Shown here: piece after piece, positions 17,494 through 26,788 of the stretch
How positions within the stretch are numbered: the first letter of the stretch is position 1
Layout: each line of letters begins with the position of its first letter
IMG/VR virus record: IMGVR_UViG_3300019360_000003
Coordinates: 1-63,934 of that record
Source of the DNA: a virus
Lineage: Duplodnaviria; Caudoviricetes
Length of the DNA stretch: 63,934 bases
Strand: one strand, 5' to 3'
Position numbers and translations under genes: made by a program
The notes under the pieces: model-generated
The model's database searches: none
What the model saw: the letters and a program-made list of their open reading frames with translations, nothing else
Told to the model about the DNA's origin: nothing

Positions 17494-17569
17494 TCTCCTA
17501 GATAGATTGTTTGTGGTGGCGAGGCGTAGCGGGTTCCAGCCGTTTCGCCTCGCGTTTCAGCTTGGTAAT

Positions 17570-17598
17570 ACTATAATCCTGCCACGGTAGGATTGCAA
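17570..17598 (-). promoter_or_regulatory. Leftward sigma70 promoter with overlapping operator
   Basis: TTGCAA-17 bp-TATAGT; near-perfect inverted repeat AATCCTGCC-AC-GGTAGGATT at 17575-17594. Confidence 0.7.
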
Positions 17599-17635
17599 GC
17601 TTTTTCTCTTAATTTTCGCCCTCCGAAAATAATTA

Positions 17636-17664
17636 TTGACGCCGCCCTCACTCCTGGGCATACT
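17636..17664 (+). promoter_or_regulatory. Late promoter (sigma70-like)
   Basis: TTGACG-17 bp-CATACT after an AT-rich stretch. Confidence 0.7.
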
Positions 17665-17743
17665 CCCGCCGAAAATTCGGGTGAACGTCCGCAGCGCGAC
17701 TAGCTCGCCCAGGACTTAAGCTGAAAGAAATTTTGCGCGCCAC

Positions 17744-17794
17744 GAGCGCCAGACCCAACCGAGAGAGGTTCGGGGGCTGGCGCTTTTTTGTTTT
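17744..17794 (+). terminator. Intrinsic terminator in the late leader
   Basis: AGCGCCAG...CTGGCGCT stem followed by a T-run, ending about 120 nt after the promoter. Confidence 0.75.
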
Positions 17795-17858
17795 CCGGCT
17801 GGAAGTTGGTTGCTTTAAACCTCAAGGAAGGCCGCGCGGTTTTTCCAGCGTATTATTT

Positions 17859-18422
17859 ATGCTCTCAATCGGCGCAATAATCAAACGAATCGTTCTTCAC
17901 TGGCGCACGAGTCTTGAGGGGATCGGCTTCGGCTCGATCGCCTGGCTGATCACTGACCACGGCGGTCAGTTCATCATCCAGCGCAATGACAAGCTGATCC
18001 CGACCCTGATCACGATCGGGATGGCGATCTATAAACTGCTCTCGACGGATCCAGTCAACAAGCCCGCGCCGACCGCGAAGCCTGACCCCGTCATCGGGTC
18101 CCAGGTTCGCAACCTGTCCCTCTCGATCCTCCTATTGACCACCCTCGGACTCTCTTCGTCCGCCGCGGCGCAGAGCGTCGTTGTGACTAATGCCGCGAAC
18201 TTCAGGCATGGCATCGCCCCAGGATCCATCGCGGTCGCCTTCGGAGGCGAGGGTTTCACGACCGTGACCGAGGAGGCGCGCGCGCTGCCGCTGCCCGACA
18301 CGCTGGCGAGGGTTCGGTTGCTAGTCGACCGGTCATTCACCGGCCTCTTCTTCGTCTCGCCGCGACAGATCAACTTCCTCGTCCCGAGCGGCCTAACCCA
18401 GGGACTCCACACGGTTCTCTGA
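17859..18422 (+). CDS. Holin-like N-terminus fused to a truncated TIGR03437-like domain
   Basis: HWRTSLEG plus TM segments, an internal signal-like segment, then VTNAANF..GIAPGSIAVAFG...LFFVSPRQINFLVP. A probable C-terminal remnant lies in another frame up to 18528. Confidence 0.6.
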   Translation: MLSIGAIIKRIVLHWRTSLEGIGFGSIAWLITDHGGQFIIQRNDKLIPTLITIGMAIYKLLSTDPVNKPAPTAKPDPVIGSQVRNLSLSILLLTTLGLSSSAAAQSVVVTNAANFRHGIAPGSIAVAFGGEGFTTVTEEARALPLPDTLARVRLLVDRSFTGLFFVSPRQINFLVPSGLTQGLHTVL

Positions 18423-18536
18423 GTTATCGACGGCGCCGATCAACGCGTTCATCCGGGTCTATCTCCGCGCCGAGAACGGCGAGGAAGGCTATGTGAACTC
18501 GAACTCTTTTATCGTCCGATTTCAATAGGAGAATCC

Positions 18537-18773
18537 ATGCGCAAGGCTAGATGCAAATTCACATGCACCGGTGTCACGCGGCATTCCTGGCCGGGCGAGA
18601 CCGTCAAGTTGCAGACGCAATACGACGACAAGATCCCGGAGGATCAAAAGTTCTCTACGGCGACGCCGTCGGGCTCAATGGAAATGATGATCAATAACTC
18701 GGCGCTCGATGGTTTCTTCGAGCCGGGCCGGAGTTATTACCTTGACGTCGTTCTCGTCGAAGCCGAATCGTAA
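18537..18773 (+). CDS. Phage hypothetical protein
   Basis: RCKF...EDQKFSTATPSGSMEM.I.N...FEPG..YYLD; AGGAG RBS. Confidence 0.75.
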   Translation: MRKARCKFTCTGVTRHSWPGETVKLQTQYDDKIPEDQKFSTATPSGSMEMMINNSALDGFFEPGRSYYLDVVLVEAES

Positions 18774-18798
18774 CGAGTTACTAGTGAGAAGGGTTGAG

Positions 18799-18832
18799 GG
18801 CTGGCGATTCATCGAATCGCCAGCCGCTTTTT
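18799..18832 (+). terminator. Hairpin with T-run
   Basis: GGCTGGCGATTC-atc-GAATCGCCAGCC then gcTTTTT. Confidence 0.5.
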
Positions 18833-18838
18833 AAAACT

Positions 18839-19390
18839 ATGCGAAAAATTCCACTCATTTTATTAGCGCTTTTTCTACACGCCACGGCGCAAGCTCAGGA
18901 CAAGCCGGTTAACGCCCACATCGAAATCTCGGCCTTCACGGTCACGAACAACCGCGGCCAGACCCCGGACAACATAGGCCTCGGGATCGCAGGCGGCGTA
19001 AACCTGTTCAGGCGCCTGTACCTGGGCGCTGAGGCATTCGGCGACCACGATGACCCGGGCGGCGCGAAGACCCGCGTCCGGACACGTTACTTCGGGACCT
19101 TTCAGTTTTACGAGATCGGCCCGCTAAACTTGAGCGTCGGCGGCGGGGGAGGGAAGACCGGCAATGAGGCGTTCGGCTTCGGCCAACTCGGCGTGCGGAT
19201 TCCAGCGCTCGCCGGCCTCGATGTCTTCGGTCGCTACGGCAACCAGGACGCCGTCGAGGCCGATGGAAGCGTAGCGCTGCTCGATAGCGACAACTGGGCG
19301 TTCCGCGGCTTCTACCGCTACAGCAAGATCAAGATCGCGAACCTTGACAGCGAGCAGCAGATCGCCGGCGTTCGCCTAGTGATCAAATGA
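18839..19390 (+). CDS. Secreted protein, outer-membrane beta-barrel-like
   Basis: Signal peptide (AQA|Q); Gly/aromatic alternating strands. Confidence 0.6.
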   Translation: MRKIPLILLALFLHATAQAQDKPVNAHIEISAFTVTNNRGQTPDNIGLGIAGGVNLFRRLYLGAEAFGDHDDPGGAKTRVRTRYFGTFQFYEIGPLNLSVGGGGGKTGNEAFGFGQLGVRIPALAGLDVFGRYGNQDAVEADGSVALLDSDNWAFRGFYRYSKIKIANLDSEQQIAGVRLVIK

Positions 19391-19605
19391 GCGAGATCAG
19401 AATCACAAAAGCTGTCGAGCGGAAAGCGATCGACATCACGAAGCTTTTCTCGCCCGTCACGATCGCGGTCGCGCTTTCGCAAATTTTGCGGGCCGTCGCC
19501 GGCGCGAAATTAAGCGCTAAGCGCGCGGCTGACATACGTAAAGCGATCAAGATCGTGAAGGACGGAATCGCGGTCGCCGAGGAGGTCCTCGGCCCCGTCC
19601 AATGA
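19387..19605 (+). CDS. Small hypothetical protein
   Basis: ATGA coupling. Confidence 0.6.
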   Translation: MSEIRITKAVERKAIDITKLFSPVTIAVALSQILRAVAGAKLSAKRAADIRKAIKIVKDGIAVAEEVLGPVQ

Positions 19606-19700
19606 GTTCGCCCGCGCGGCGGTTCAGGTGTTTAGTATCGCGCATCAGGAGCGGATCGGCGCGCGGGCGATCCATAACGTTCCTGACGCCAAACGAGTCA

Positions 19701-19946
19701 ATGGATTTCAAGGAATGGTTCGAGGTGGCAGGCAAGGTAGCGTTTCCGATCCTGGCGTTGATCGCCATCGCCTGGTTCTGGCAGAAATCCATGTGGCCGT
19801 TTCTGGTCAAGAGGATTGAGCGGCAGGACGCGGACAGCGAGAAGTTTCTCGCCGCGCTGAAACAGTTAGGCGAGACGCATGAAGAGACTACGAAGGAGAT
19901 TGTCCAGGCCCTGCACGCCCTTCGCGATGAGGTGAGACGCCGGTGA
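19701..19946 (+). CDS. Holin-like protein (1 TM plus coiled coil)
   Basis: VAFPILALIAIAWFW TM followed by a charged helix. Confidence 0.5.
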   Translation: MDFKEWFEVAGKVAFPILALIAIAWFWQKSMWPFLVKRIERQDADSEKFLAALKQLGETHEETTKEIVQALHALRDEVRRR

Positions 19947-20278
19947 GACCACTGTTATTGCTCTATAACTTTTTGCTCTATAGCACGACGGCCACATCGT
20001 TGACCGGATTGCTTTCCGCCGCCCTTCTGCTTCGGACCGCCCGTCGGCAGGTCAACCGGAGAGATCGCCGAGTGTTTCTCTTCTTCGCCATGCTTTGTTT
20101 GGCTGTAGGGATCGAGGCTGGGGTTATAAGCCTCACGATGGGCGGTATGCCCACCTGTAGCCCTCTGAGCGCGGTCGTAATCACGAGCCGTATCCTGACT
20201 CGACTCTTCGAGACCGCAACGGCGGCAACGCTGGCGCTCAGACTCGCGGGTCTGATCAACGGCCATACGGATAATTGA
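19943..20278 (+). CDS. Membrane protein (3 TM)
   Basis: GTGA coupling; three hydrophobic segments. Confidence 0.65.
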   Translation: MRPLLLLYNFLLYSTTATSLTGLLSAALLLRTARRQVNRRDRRVFLFFAMLCLAVGIEAGVISLTMGGMPTCSPLSAVVITSRILTRLFETATAATLALRLAGLINGHTDN

Positions 20279-20365
20279 TATTCTGGCCGCCCGGAGTCGC
20301 TTTTGAAATGTAAAGCGATTTCGATGGGGGTCGTCGCCGGACGGCCAGAATCGGATGCCTTAAAT

Positions 20366-21301
20366 ATGAAATCGAAACTTTTCAAACTCGTCGCCTTCTC
20401 GCTCTTTCTTGCGCAGGCTTTGCTCGCGTCGGCTAATTCTCAATCTCCGAAAATCTATGGAGGAGCGATCCCGCAGGCCGGAGCCTCGCTGTCCGGGATT
20501 ATCTGGCCGCGCGCGGATGTGGTTTTTCTCGATTCGGAGAACAGCCTCTGGATTCAGCGCGCATGCAGATTCGGATTCCGGCGCGAGATCACGGTCAAGG
20601 GCATCGCGGGCCAGTTGATCGGAATTGATTTCCGACCGGCCGACGGTCAGCTCTACGGCCTCGACGACGAAGGCAATCTCTACACGATTGACACTTTGGG
20701 GAACGCCGCGCCGTTCGGTTCGCTGACCGTTCCCTTCGGCGGCGACTTCAGGTCGCTGATGGATTTCAACCCGGTTGCGAACGCGCTCCGATTGATCGGC
20801 GCGAACGACCAGAACCTGGCGCTCGTCGGCGCCGATTTAGGCCAGACCGTGGCGCAAACCCAGATCGTCTACGCTCGGGGCGACGTCAATGAGGGAGCTA
20901 ATCCCAACCTGGTCGGCGGCGCGTACACCAATAATATCGCCGGCGCGACGACGACGATCTTCTACGGCCTCGACTACGGTCTCCATACCCTGGTCACCAT
21001 CGCGCCGCCGCTCGCCAATGGCAGCTCCGCGACAGGTGGCGGCCAGCTCCAGACCATCGGTGCCCCGACCTTCAACGGCAGGCCCTTCAAGCTCGCGCCG
21101 TCGGCCGACTTCGATATTTTCACGGTCAGGGGAATCAATTACCTGATCGGAGTGAATGACGGTCAGGTGTTTACGATCGATCTGGGTCGGCTGCGGCTCC
21201 CAGCGCTTGGCCAGACATGCAATGTTCCGGTCCGCGCGCTGCCGTTGCCTGGCGATGGTTTTATCGATCTGGCTATCGGGCCGCTCAAAAACTGCGATTG
21301 A
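20366..21301 (+). CDS. DUF4394-domain secreted protein
   Basis: Signal peptide; LIGIDFRPADGQLYGL, DFNPVANALR, GAYTN motifs. Confidence 0.85.
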   Translation: MKSKLFKLVAFSLFLAQALLASANSQSPKIYGGAIPQAGASLSGIIWPRADVVFLDSENSLWIQRACRFGFRREITVKGIAGQLIGIDFRPADGQLYGLDDEGNLYTIDTLGNAAPFGSLTVPFGGDFRSLMDFNPVANALRLIGANDQNLALVGADLGQTVAQTQIVYARGDVNEGANPNLVGGAYTNNIAGATTTIFYGLDYGLHTLVTIAPPLANGSSATGGGQLQTIGAPTFNGRPFKLAPSADFDIFTVRGINYLIGVNDGQVFTIDLGRLRLPALGQTCNVPVRALPLPGDGFIDLAIGPLKNCD

Positions 21302-21741
21302 TGCCTGAATGGAAAAACGAAATCATTCCGATTGATACGCTGCCTCCGGATGATCCGGTGCGACGGCAGCGCGATGAGGCGCGGCAAGGATTCGAGGAGC
21401 GCGCGAGCTACATGCGCCAGCAAGCCACCGAGGAGGGCGATCGCTCCGATCCTGGCGCTGATCCGGCGCGCCAGAGAGCGATAGAACAGGCCGAGCGTTA
21501 CAGCGTCCGACCGAACAGCGTCCGACCGACCGATATAAAACTCCCCGCCCCTTCCGGTTCGATCCGGACCTACTGCACGCGCTGCGGGAATTCCGTTCAG
21601 CTATCTCTGCCCGCGAGCGAGCCGAAGCCGGCGGCTAGATTTATCGCGCATGGCATGACTGTGGAGGTCTTTGAGGGCGGAGAGTCGGCGCGAATCTTGA
21701 TGGCGCTCGTTCAGCTTATGACGGATTCGGGGAAGCGATGA
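21301..21741 (+). CDS. Hypothetical protein
   Basis: TGATG coupling; CxxC. Confidence 0.55.
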   Translation: MPEWKNEIIPIDTLPPDDPVRRQRDEARQGFEERASYMRQQATEEGDRSDPGADPARQRAIEQAERYSVRPNSVRPTDIKLPAPSGSIRTYCTRCGNSVQLSLPASEPKPAARFIAHGMTVEVFEGGESARILMALVQLMTDSGKR

Positions 21742-21742
21742 T

Positions 21743-22384
21743 GTGGCGAAACCTCATGCTAAAGGAAAACCGAAGATACCCCATGCTAAATGTGGCGCGC
21801 GGCTCAAGAGCGGAAAAGGCGCCTGCTCCAAGGCGGCCGGCTGGCGGACCGACCATCCCGGCCAGGGCAAATGCTATCTGCATGGCGGCGCGACTCCTTC
21901 AAAGCATGGGCGCTATTCGTCGATCCAGTCCGAGGAGCTTCGGGAGAAGATTGCGAGATTCGCGAAAGACCCCGACCCGCTCAATCTGGAGCCGGAGGTC
22001 GCGCTATTGCGAGCCTTCCTCGAAGATTTGGTCGAGCGCTGGTATTCGATCTACGGACCCGATGGGGCTTTGCTCGCCTGGCATGAATCCTTCTCCGCTG
22101 GCGCCGAGGACAAGGAAAAGAAGCCCCGCGAGCTGTCCGACTTCAGCGCGGTCTCGGCGCTCGTCGACCGGGTCGGCAAGATGGTCGAGCGGATACACAA
22201 GTTCCGCGCCGAGCAGTCGATCAGCGTCGCGACGCTCAACCGGGTTGTCGAGCAGATGGGCGTCGAGCTGGTCGCGGCCGTGCGGGAAGTGAAGCTTGAC
22301 GGCGCTCAAAGTTCCCAGCTTCTGGAAGCGGTCGAACGGCGCTGGGGCGCTCTCCGATTGGAGCCCGGGCGAGGCGGCGGTTAA
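21743..22384 (+). CDS. terS: Terminase small subunit (HGG-motif type)
   Basis: CGAR...C..AGW..DHPGQGKCYLHGG..P.KHGRYS; directly upstream of TerL. Confidence 0.75.
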   Translation: MAKPHAKGKPKIPHAKCGARLKSGKGACSKAAGWRTDHPGQGKCYLHGGATPSKHGRYSSIQSEELREKIARFAKDPDPLNLEPEVALLRAFLEDLVERWYSIYGPDGALLAWHESFSAGAEDKEKKPRELSDFSAVSALVDRVGKMVERIHKFRAEQSISVATLNRVVEQMGVELVAAVREVKLDGAQSSQLLEAVERRWGALRLEPGRGGG

Positions 22385-23783
22385 AGGCCTCCGGCAGGGG
22401 GCGAGATCTTTGACATTTCGTGAATTCGTCTCACGCGTGAATTCGCGCTACAAGTGGTATCGCCATTGTGAAACGCTAGCCGATGTTCTTGAGCGAGTCG
22501 CCGACGGGAAGATTAAGCGCCTGATGATCTTTCTGCCGCCGCGCCACTCGAAAAGCGAGACCGTCTGCCGGCTCTTCGCGGCTTACTTTCTGCACCGCTA
22601 TCCGGATCGGTGGGTAGGGCTCTGCAGCTACGGCGCGGAGTTGGCCTTCACGCTGTCTCGTAACGCGCGGGACAATTACCAGCGCGTGAGCGGTGAATTA
22701 CAAAGCAATACGACCGCCGTCAAACACTGGGAGACGGGTCGGGGAGGTGGTTTGTGGGCGGCCGGCGTCGGCGGCCCGATCACCGGCAAGGGCTGGCATC
22801 TCGGAATCATTGATGATCCCATCAAGAACGCGGAGGAGGCCGCCAGTGACACGATCCGGAGTAAGCAGAAGGATTGGTACGGCTCGACCTTCTACACGCG
22901 CGAGGAACCCTGGGCCGACGAAGACCCACATGGCGCGATGATCGTCATCCAGACCCGCTGGCATGAAGAAGACCTCGCGGGGTATTTGCTCTCTGAAGAA
23001 GCCCAGGGCGACGACCCGGAACGCTGGCATATCGTCAACCTGCCGGCGATCGCAGAGAAAGAGGAAGAGCGACCGGAGTTCCCGGTGACATGCACGGTCG
23101 AGCCCGACTGGCGGAAACCTGGCGAGGCGCTCTGCCCGGAGCGCAGGCCGCTCGATAAGCTCCGGAAGATCGCGGAGCGGATCGGCGACTTCTTCTTCGC
23201 CGCGCTCTTCCAGCAGCGGCCGCGGCCGAAGGCGGGCCTGTTCTTTAAAAGCGAATGGTTCGGGATCGTGCCCGCCGCGCCGGCCGACGCGGAGCGAGTG
23301 CGCTATTGGGATACGGCGGGCGCCGACGAGAACAAGGGCGACTGGACGGTCGGGCTTTTGATGGCCCGCGACGCCCGCGGGATCTTCTACGTCGAGGACG
23401 TCGAGCGTGGCCAGTGGATGACTCATCCTCGCAACCAGAAGATCAAGCAGACCGCCGAGCTCGACGAGCAAGAGTACGGCGAGGTCACGATCTACATCGA
23501 GCAACCGCCGGGCCTGGCGAAGGAGAGCACGGACGAGATCGTCCGGCAGCTCGCAGGTTTTCTCGTTTACGCCGACCCAGTCCACCGGGACAAGCTGGGG
23601 CGCGCGGAGCCTCTCAAGGCGCAGTGCCAGGCGGGGAACGTTAAACTGGTCAAGGGTGATTGGATCAAGAGATACCTGGCTGAGATGACGGGCTTCCCGA
23701 CCGGAAAATACGACGACCAGGTGGACGCGTCAAGCGGCGCGTTTAACAAGTTGGTCGAGAAGCGGTCAATCAAGGTTCTGTAG
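22296..23783 (+). CDS. terL: Terminase large subunit
   Basis: PPRHSKS Walker A, GGPITGKG, IIDDPIK, QTRWHEEDL, YWDTA, FPTGKYDDQVDA. Confidence 0.95.
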   Translation: MTALKVPSFWKRSNGAGALSDWSPGEAAVKGLRQGARSLTFREFVSRVNSRYKWYRHCETLADVLERVADGKIKRLMIFLPPRHSKSETVCRLFAAYFLHRYPDRWVGLCSYGAELAFTLSRNARDNYQRVSGELQSNTTAVKHWETGRGGGLWAAGVGGPITGKGWHLGIIDDPIKNAEEAASDTIRSKQKDWYGSTFYTREEPWADEDPHGAMIVIQTRWHEEDLAGYLLSEEAQGDDPERWHIVNLPAIAEKEEERPEFPVTCTVEPDWRKPGEALCPERRPLDKLRKIAERIGDFFFAALFQQRPRPKAGLFFKSEWFGIVPAAPADAERVRYWDTAGADENKGDWTVGLLMARDARGIFYVEDVERGQWMTHPRNQKIKQTAELDEQEYGEVTIYIEQPPGLAKESTDEIVRQLAGFLVYADPVHRDKLGRAEPLKAQCQAGNVKLVKGDWIKRYLAEMTGFPTGKYDDQVDASSGAFNKLVEKRSIKVL

Positions 23784-23784
23784 T

Positions 23785-24030
23785 ATGGAATTTGTGCGAG
23801 GTTTTATGACCGAGGAGCTTATGGCCAACTTAGAAGTGAATGTGGACACTGAGGCGTTAATCGATCACCTAAACGCCAGGATCGAGGCCGGAGACATCCG
23901 CATTGAGCTATGCGGACTTCTGGAGTGCGTGGACAATATCAAAGGCTTCACCCTGGATAAGACCAAATACCGATTACGGCTGACCGACGAGACCGAAACC
24001 TCCGTGAAGGTTTTGATCGAACCCAAATGA
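23785..24030 (+). CDS. Hypothetical protein
   Basis: Fills the gap between terL and portal. Confidence 0.55.
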   Translation: MEFVRGFMTEELMANLEVNVDTEALIDHLNARIEAGDIRIELCGLLECVDNIKGFTLDKTKYRLRLTDETETSVKVLIEPK

Positions 24031-25376
24031 GTATATTCGGGCGAATAAAAGCAGCGTACCAAGCCTTCAGCGGCGAGCCGCCCTTCAGCGGCGTCGGCGG
24101 CCAGGGCTTCTGGAACGATTACAACATCGGCCAGCTCGAGAGGCTGCTGCGCTTCTTCACCGGCTCGCGCATCGACTATCAGGCGGAGCTCGGCGATCTG
24201 TCGCTCTCCTCGCTCGTTATGGCGGCCGCGAACTGGCTCGGGACTACGCTCCCCGAGGCGCCGCTCCAGATCACCGACGGCGGGAGGGGTAAGAAGGCCC
24301 AGATCATCGAAGACCATCCCCTGCCGCAACTCTGGGCCGCGCCGAACTCCTATTACTCGGGCGAGCTGCTTTGGAAGGCCTTCGGGGTGAGCTGGTTCAT
24401 CGCCGGGAATGTGTATTTCCTCAAAGTTCGGGACCTGACGGGCCAGGTCGTAGAGCTCTGGTATCTGCCGCACTGGATGGTGGCGCCGCAATGGCCGGTG
24501 ACGGGCGTCCCCTTCATCTCGCATTATCTCTATTGCGTGGACGGACTGGATTACAGGCTCGAGCGCGAGGACCTTATCCATTTTCGGTGGGGACTCGACC
24601 CGAACAACCCGCGCCTCGGGATGTCGCCGGCGGCGCCGGTGATGCGCGAGCTGTACAGCGATCATGAGGCCGCAAATTTTGCGGCGCAAATCCTGCGCAA
24701 CTTCGGGATCCCCGGCGTAATCATCTCGCCGAAGGGCGAGCGAATGACGATCTCCAAGGAGGACCGGGAGCTAATCAAGGGGGATTACCAACGAAAATTC
24801 CAGGGCGACGGCCGCGGCTCCCCAATGGTGCTCTCGGGGCAGATCGAGGTCTCCACTTTGAGCCTCGACCCGCAAAAGCTCCTCTGGCTCGACCAGCGCA
24901 AAATCTCGGAGGCCCGCTGGGCCGCAGTGACGGGGATCCCGGCGGCCGTGCTCGGATTCTCGTCGGGCATGGAGCAGACGAAGGTCGGGGCGACGATGCG
25001 GGAGCTCCGCGAGCAGGCCTATGAGGGTTTCCTGATTCCGACGCAGCGGCTGATCTCAGGGGACCTCAACGTCCAACTCCTCCCGGAGTTTGAGGGGGAG
25101 CGGTCCAAGCGGCGGATTCGCTTTGATAATGCAGAAGTGCGCGTCCTTCAGGAGGACCGCAATCAGGCCTGGAAGCGCGTCAATCTGGCCTGGACGGGCG
25201 ATGAGCTCACGCTCGATGAGGCCCGTGAGGCGATCGGCTACCCGCCCGACGCGACCGGGCGCGGCGCGCTGTATTACAGCCAGGTCAAACTGCTGTCGCA
25301 GCCGGAGCCTGGGTCGGCAGGGGACGAGAGGCCGCCGCTCGTGAACGGGAAGGCGTCGATGGAGGGACTGGGCTAA
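24027..25376 (+). CDS. Portal protein (HK97 family)
   Basis: GNVYF, LIHFR...LGMSP, N.GIPGVII, GIPAAVLG, TLDEAREAIG. Confidence 0.93.
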   Translation: MSIFGRIKAAYQAFSGEPPFSGVGGQGFWNDYNIGQLERLLRFFTGSRIDYQAELGDLSLSSLVMAAANWLGTTLPEAPLQITDGGRGKKAQIIEDHPLPQLWAAPNSYYSGELLWKAFGVSWFIAGNVYFLKVRDLTGQVVELWYLPHWMVAPQWPVTGVPFISHYLYCVDGLDYRLEREDLIHFRWGLDPNNPRLGMSPAAPVMRELYSDHEAANFAAQILRNFGIPGVIISPKGERMTISKEDRELIKGDYQRKFQGDGRGSPMVLSGQIEVSTLSLDPQKLLWLDQRKISEARWAAVTGIPAAVLGFSSGMEQTKVGATMRELREQAYEGFLIPTQRLISGDLNVQLLPEFEGERSKRRIRFDNAEVRVLQEDRNQAWKRVNLAWTGDELTLDEAREAIGYPPDATGRGALYYSQVKLLSQPEPGSAGDERPPLVNGKASMEGLG

Positions 25377-25583
25377 GTGACCGAGGCTTGCGCCAAATTC
25401 CGCTGCCGCAACTGTCGGGCCGAGCTCGGCCTGACGGACGGAATCCGCTTGGCGATCGCGGCCGTGGTGATCCATTCACGCGTGCCGTTGACGTGTCAGA
25501 AATGCGGAAAGGTCACGATCTGGTACCCGCCGCGCGCGCGACCGCAAAATATAGTCGCAAAGATTTCGCCGGCTGTTGTATAG
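25377..25583 (+). CDS. Com-like zinc-ribbon protein
   Basis: FRCRNCRAEL...LTCQKCGK. Confidence 0.65.
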   Translation: MTEACAKFRCRNCRAELGLTDGIRLAIAAVVIHSRVPLTCQKCGKVTIWYPPRARPQNIVAKISPAVV

Positions 25584-25631
25584 TTCGGACGCAACAATTT
25601 GGCAGCCCATAAACAGGGCATTCCGCGAGAT

Positions 25632-25677
25632 GAGCGCCGCGCTGAGGATTTTGATAATCCTCAGCGCGGCGCTTTTT
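25632..25677 (+). terminator. Long perfect hairpin with T-run just before the prohead protease start
   Basis: AGCGCCGCGCTGAGGATT-ttgat-AATCCTCAGCGCGGCGCT-TTTT. Confidence 0.75.
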
Positions 25678-25684
25678 GAATTTT

Positions 25685-26788
25685 ATGGCCAACATCATCC
25701 GAAAAGCCTTCCCCGCCGCCACGCTGGCGATGGACGACGAGAAAGGCACCATCGAAGCCATCGTCAGCGTGACCGGCAACAAGGACCGCGGCGGCGAACG
25801 CGTGATGCCGGGCTTCTTCGCAAAGAGCCTGCAGAAGAAACTCCCGCGCGGCGTCTGGTGTCACGACTGGAGCATGCCGATCGCGAAGACGCTCGTCGCG
25901 GAGGAGTGGGCCGCCGGCGACGGCCGGCTCCCCGAAGGACTGCGCCAGTACGGCGGCTATTACATCAAGGGCCAGTTCAACTTGGAGACCCAGCGCGGCC
26001 GGGAGGCTTATAGCGACCTCAAGTTCGGGACCATTGACGAGTTCTCGATCGGCTATTTGATCGAGAAGGACAAGTGGAACGCGGAGGCCAAGACGAAAGA
26101 CTTGATCGAGGGTGAGTGGTTCGAGTGGTCCCCGGTCCTCGTCGGGATGAATCCGGAGACGGCGCTACTGTCGGTCAAAGGCCTCGATCAGGCCGAGGCG
26201 AAGGGCCAATACCTCGGCGATTACATCGAGGCCTCGATGACGCTCGGCGCGTGCTACCGAGCGATGGACGCGTTTTACTGGGTCCTCATCGACCAGCTCT
26301 ACGACGACGATAAGAGTCACTCCGAGAGGATGGCCGCGACCGCCGGCGCGCTCGGCGAGCTCACGGCCCTGATCCTCAAAGTCGTCGACGCCATTATGAG
26401 CGGGAAGGCGGAAGAATCGCCTGAGATGGCCATTAAGACCGTCCAGGCTCTCTCGCTCAACCCTCAAGACTTCACCGTAGCCCTGCGTGCAGGGCTAACC
26501 CTCGCAAGACACTCCGAAAAGGCGCTTACCGCCGTGAAAGAGTGGCAAACACGCATCGAGAATGTCCATCACCTGCGGGTCAAGGAAGGGCGAGTCCTTT
26601 CATCAGCCAACCGCGCCACAATCAAACAGACGGCCGACGATCTTTCGGCTTGTGCGGTTCGGCTGCTGGAACTCTATGACGCGACCGATCCGGAGGCGAA
26701 GGGCAAGGACGCGGAGGAGTCACAGCGACTCTTCGCGGAATTTTTCTATCTCGACGCTCAACTGAGCGCGTTAGGAGTGTACCGATGA
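25685..26788 (+). CDS. HK97-type prohead protease with a C-terminal extension
   Basis: GN.DRGGE.VMPG.F, WCHDWSMPI, FSIGY, EWSPVLVGMNP. Confidence 0.9.
   Translation: MANIIRKAFPAATLAMDDEKGTIEAIVSVTGNKDRGGERVMPGFFAKSLQKKLPRGVWCHDWSMPIAKTLVAEEWAAGDGRLPEGLRQYGGYYIKGQFNLETQRGREAYSDLKFGTIDEFSIGYLIEKDKWNAEAKTKDLIEGEWFEWSPVLVGMNPETALLSVKGLDQAEAKGQYLGDYIEASMTLGACYRAMDAFYWVLIDQLYDDDKSHSERMAATAGALGELTALILKVVDAIMSGKAEESPEMAIKTVQALSLNPQDFTVALRAGLTLARHSEKALTAVKEWQTRIENVHHLRVKEGRVLSSANRATIKQTADDLSACAVRLLELYDATDPEAKGKDAEESQRLFAEFFYLDAQLSALGVYR

Noticed and set aside
11804-18528. Genome-wide TGA recoding, suggested by TGAs at 11957 and 18420
   Set aside because: Many genes end in TGA with ATGA coupling, and the 18420 case continues better in another frame.
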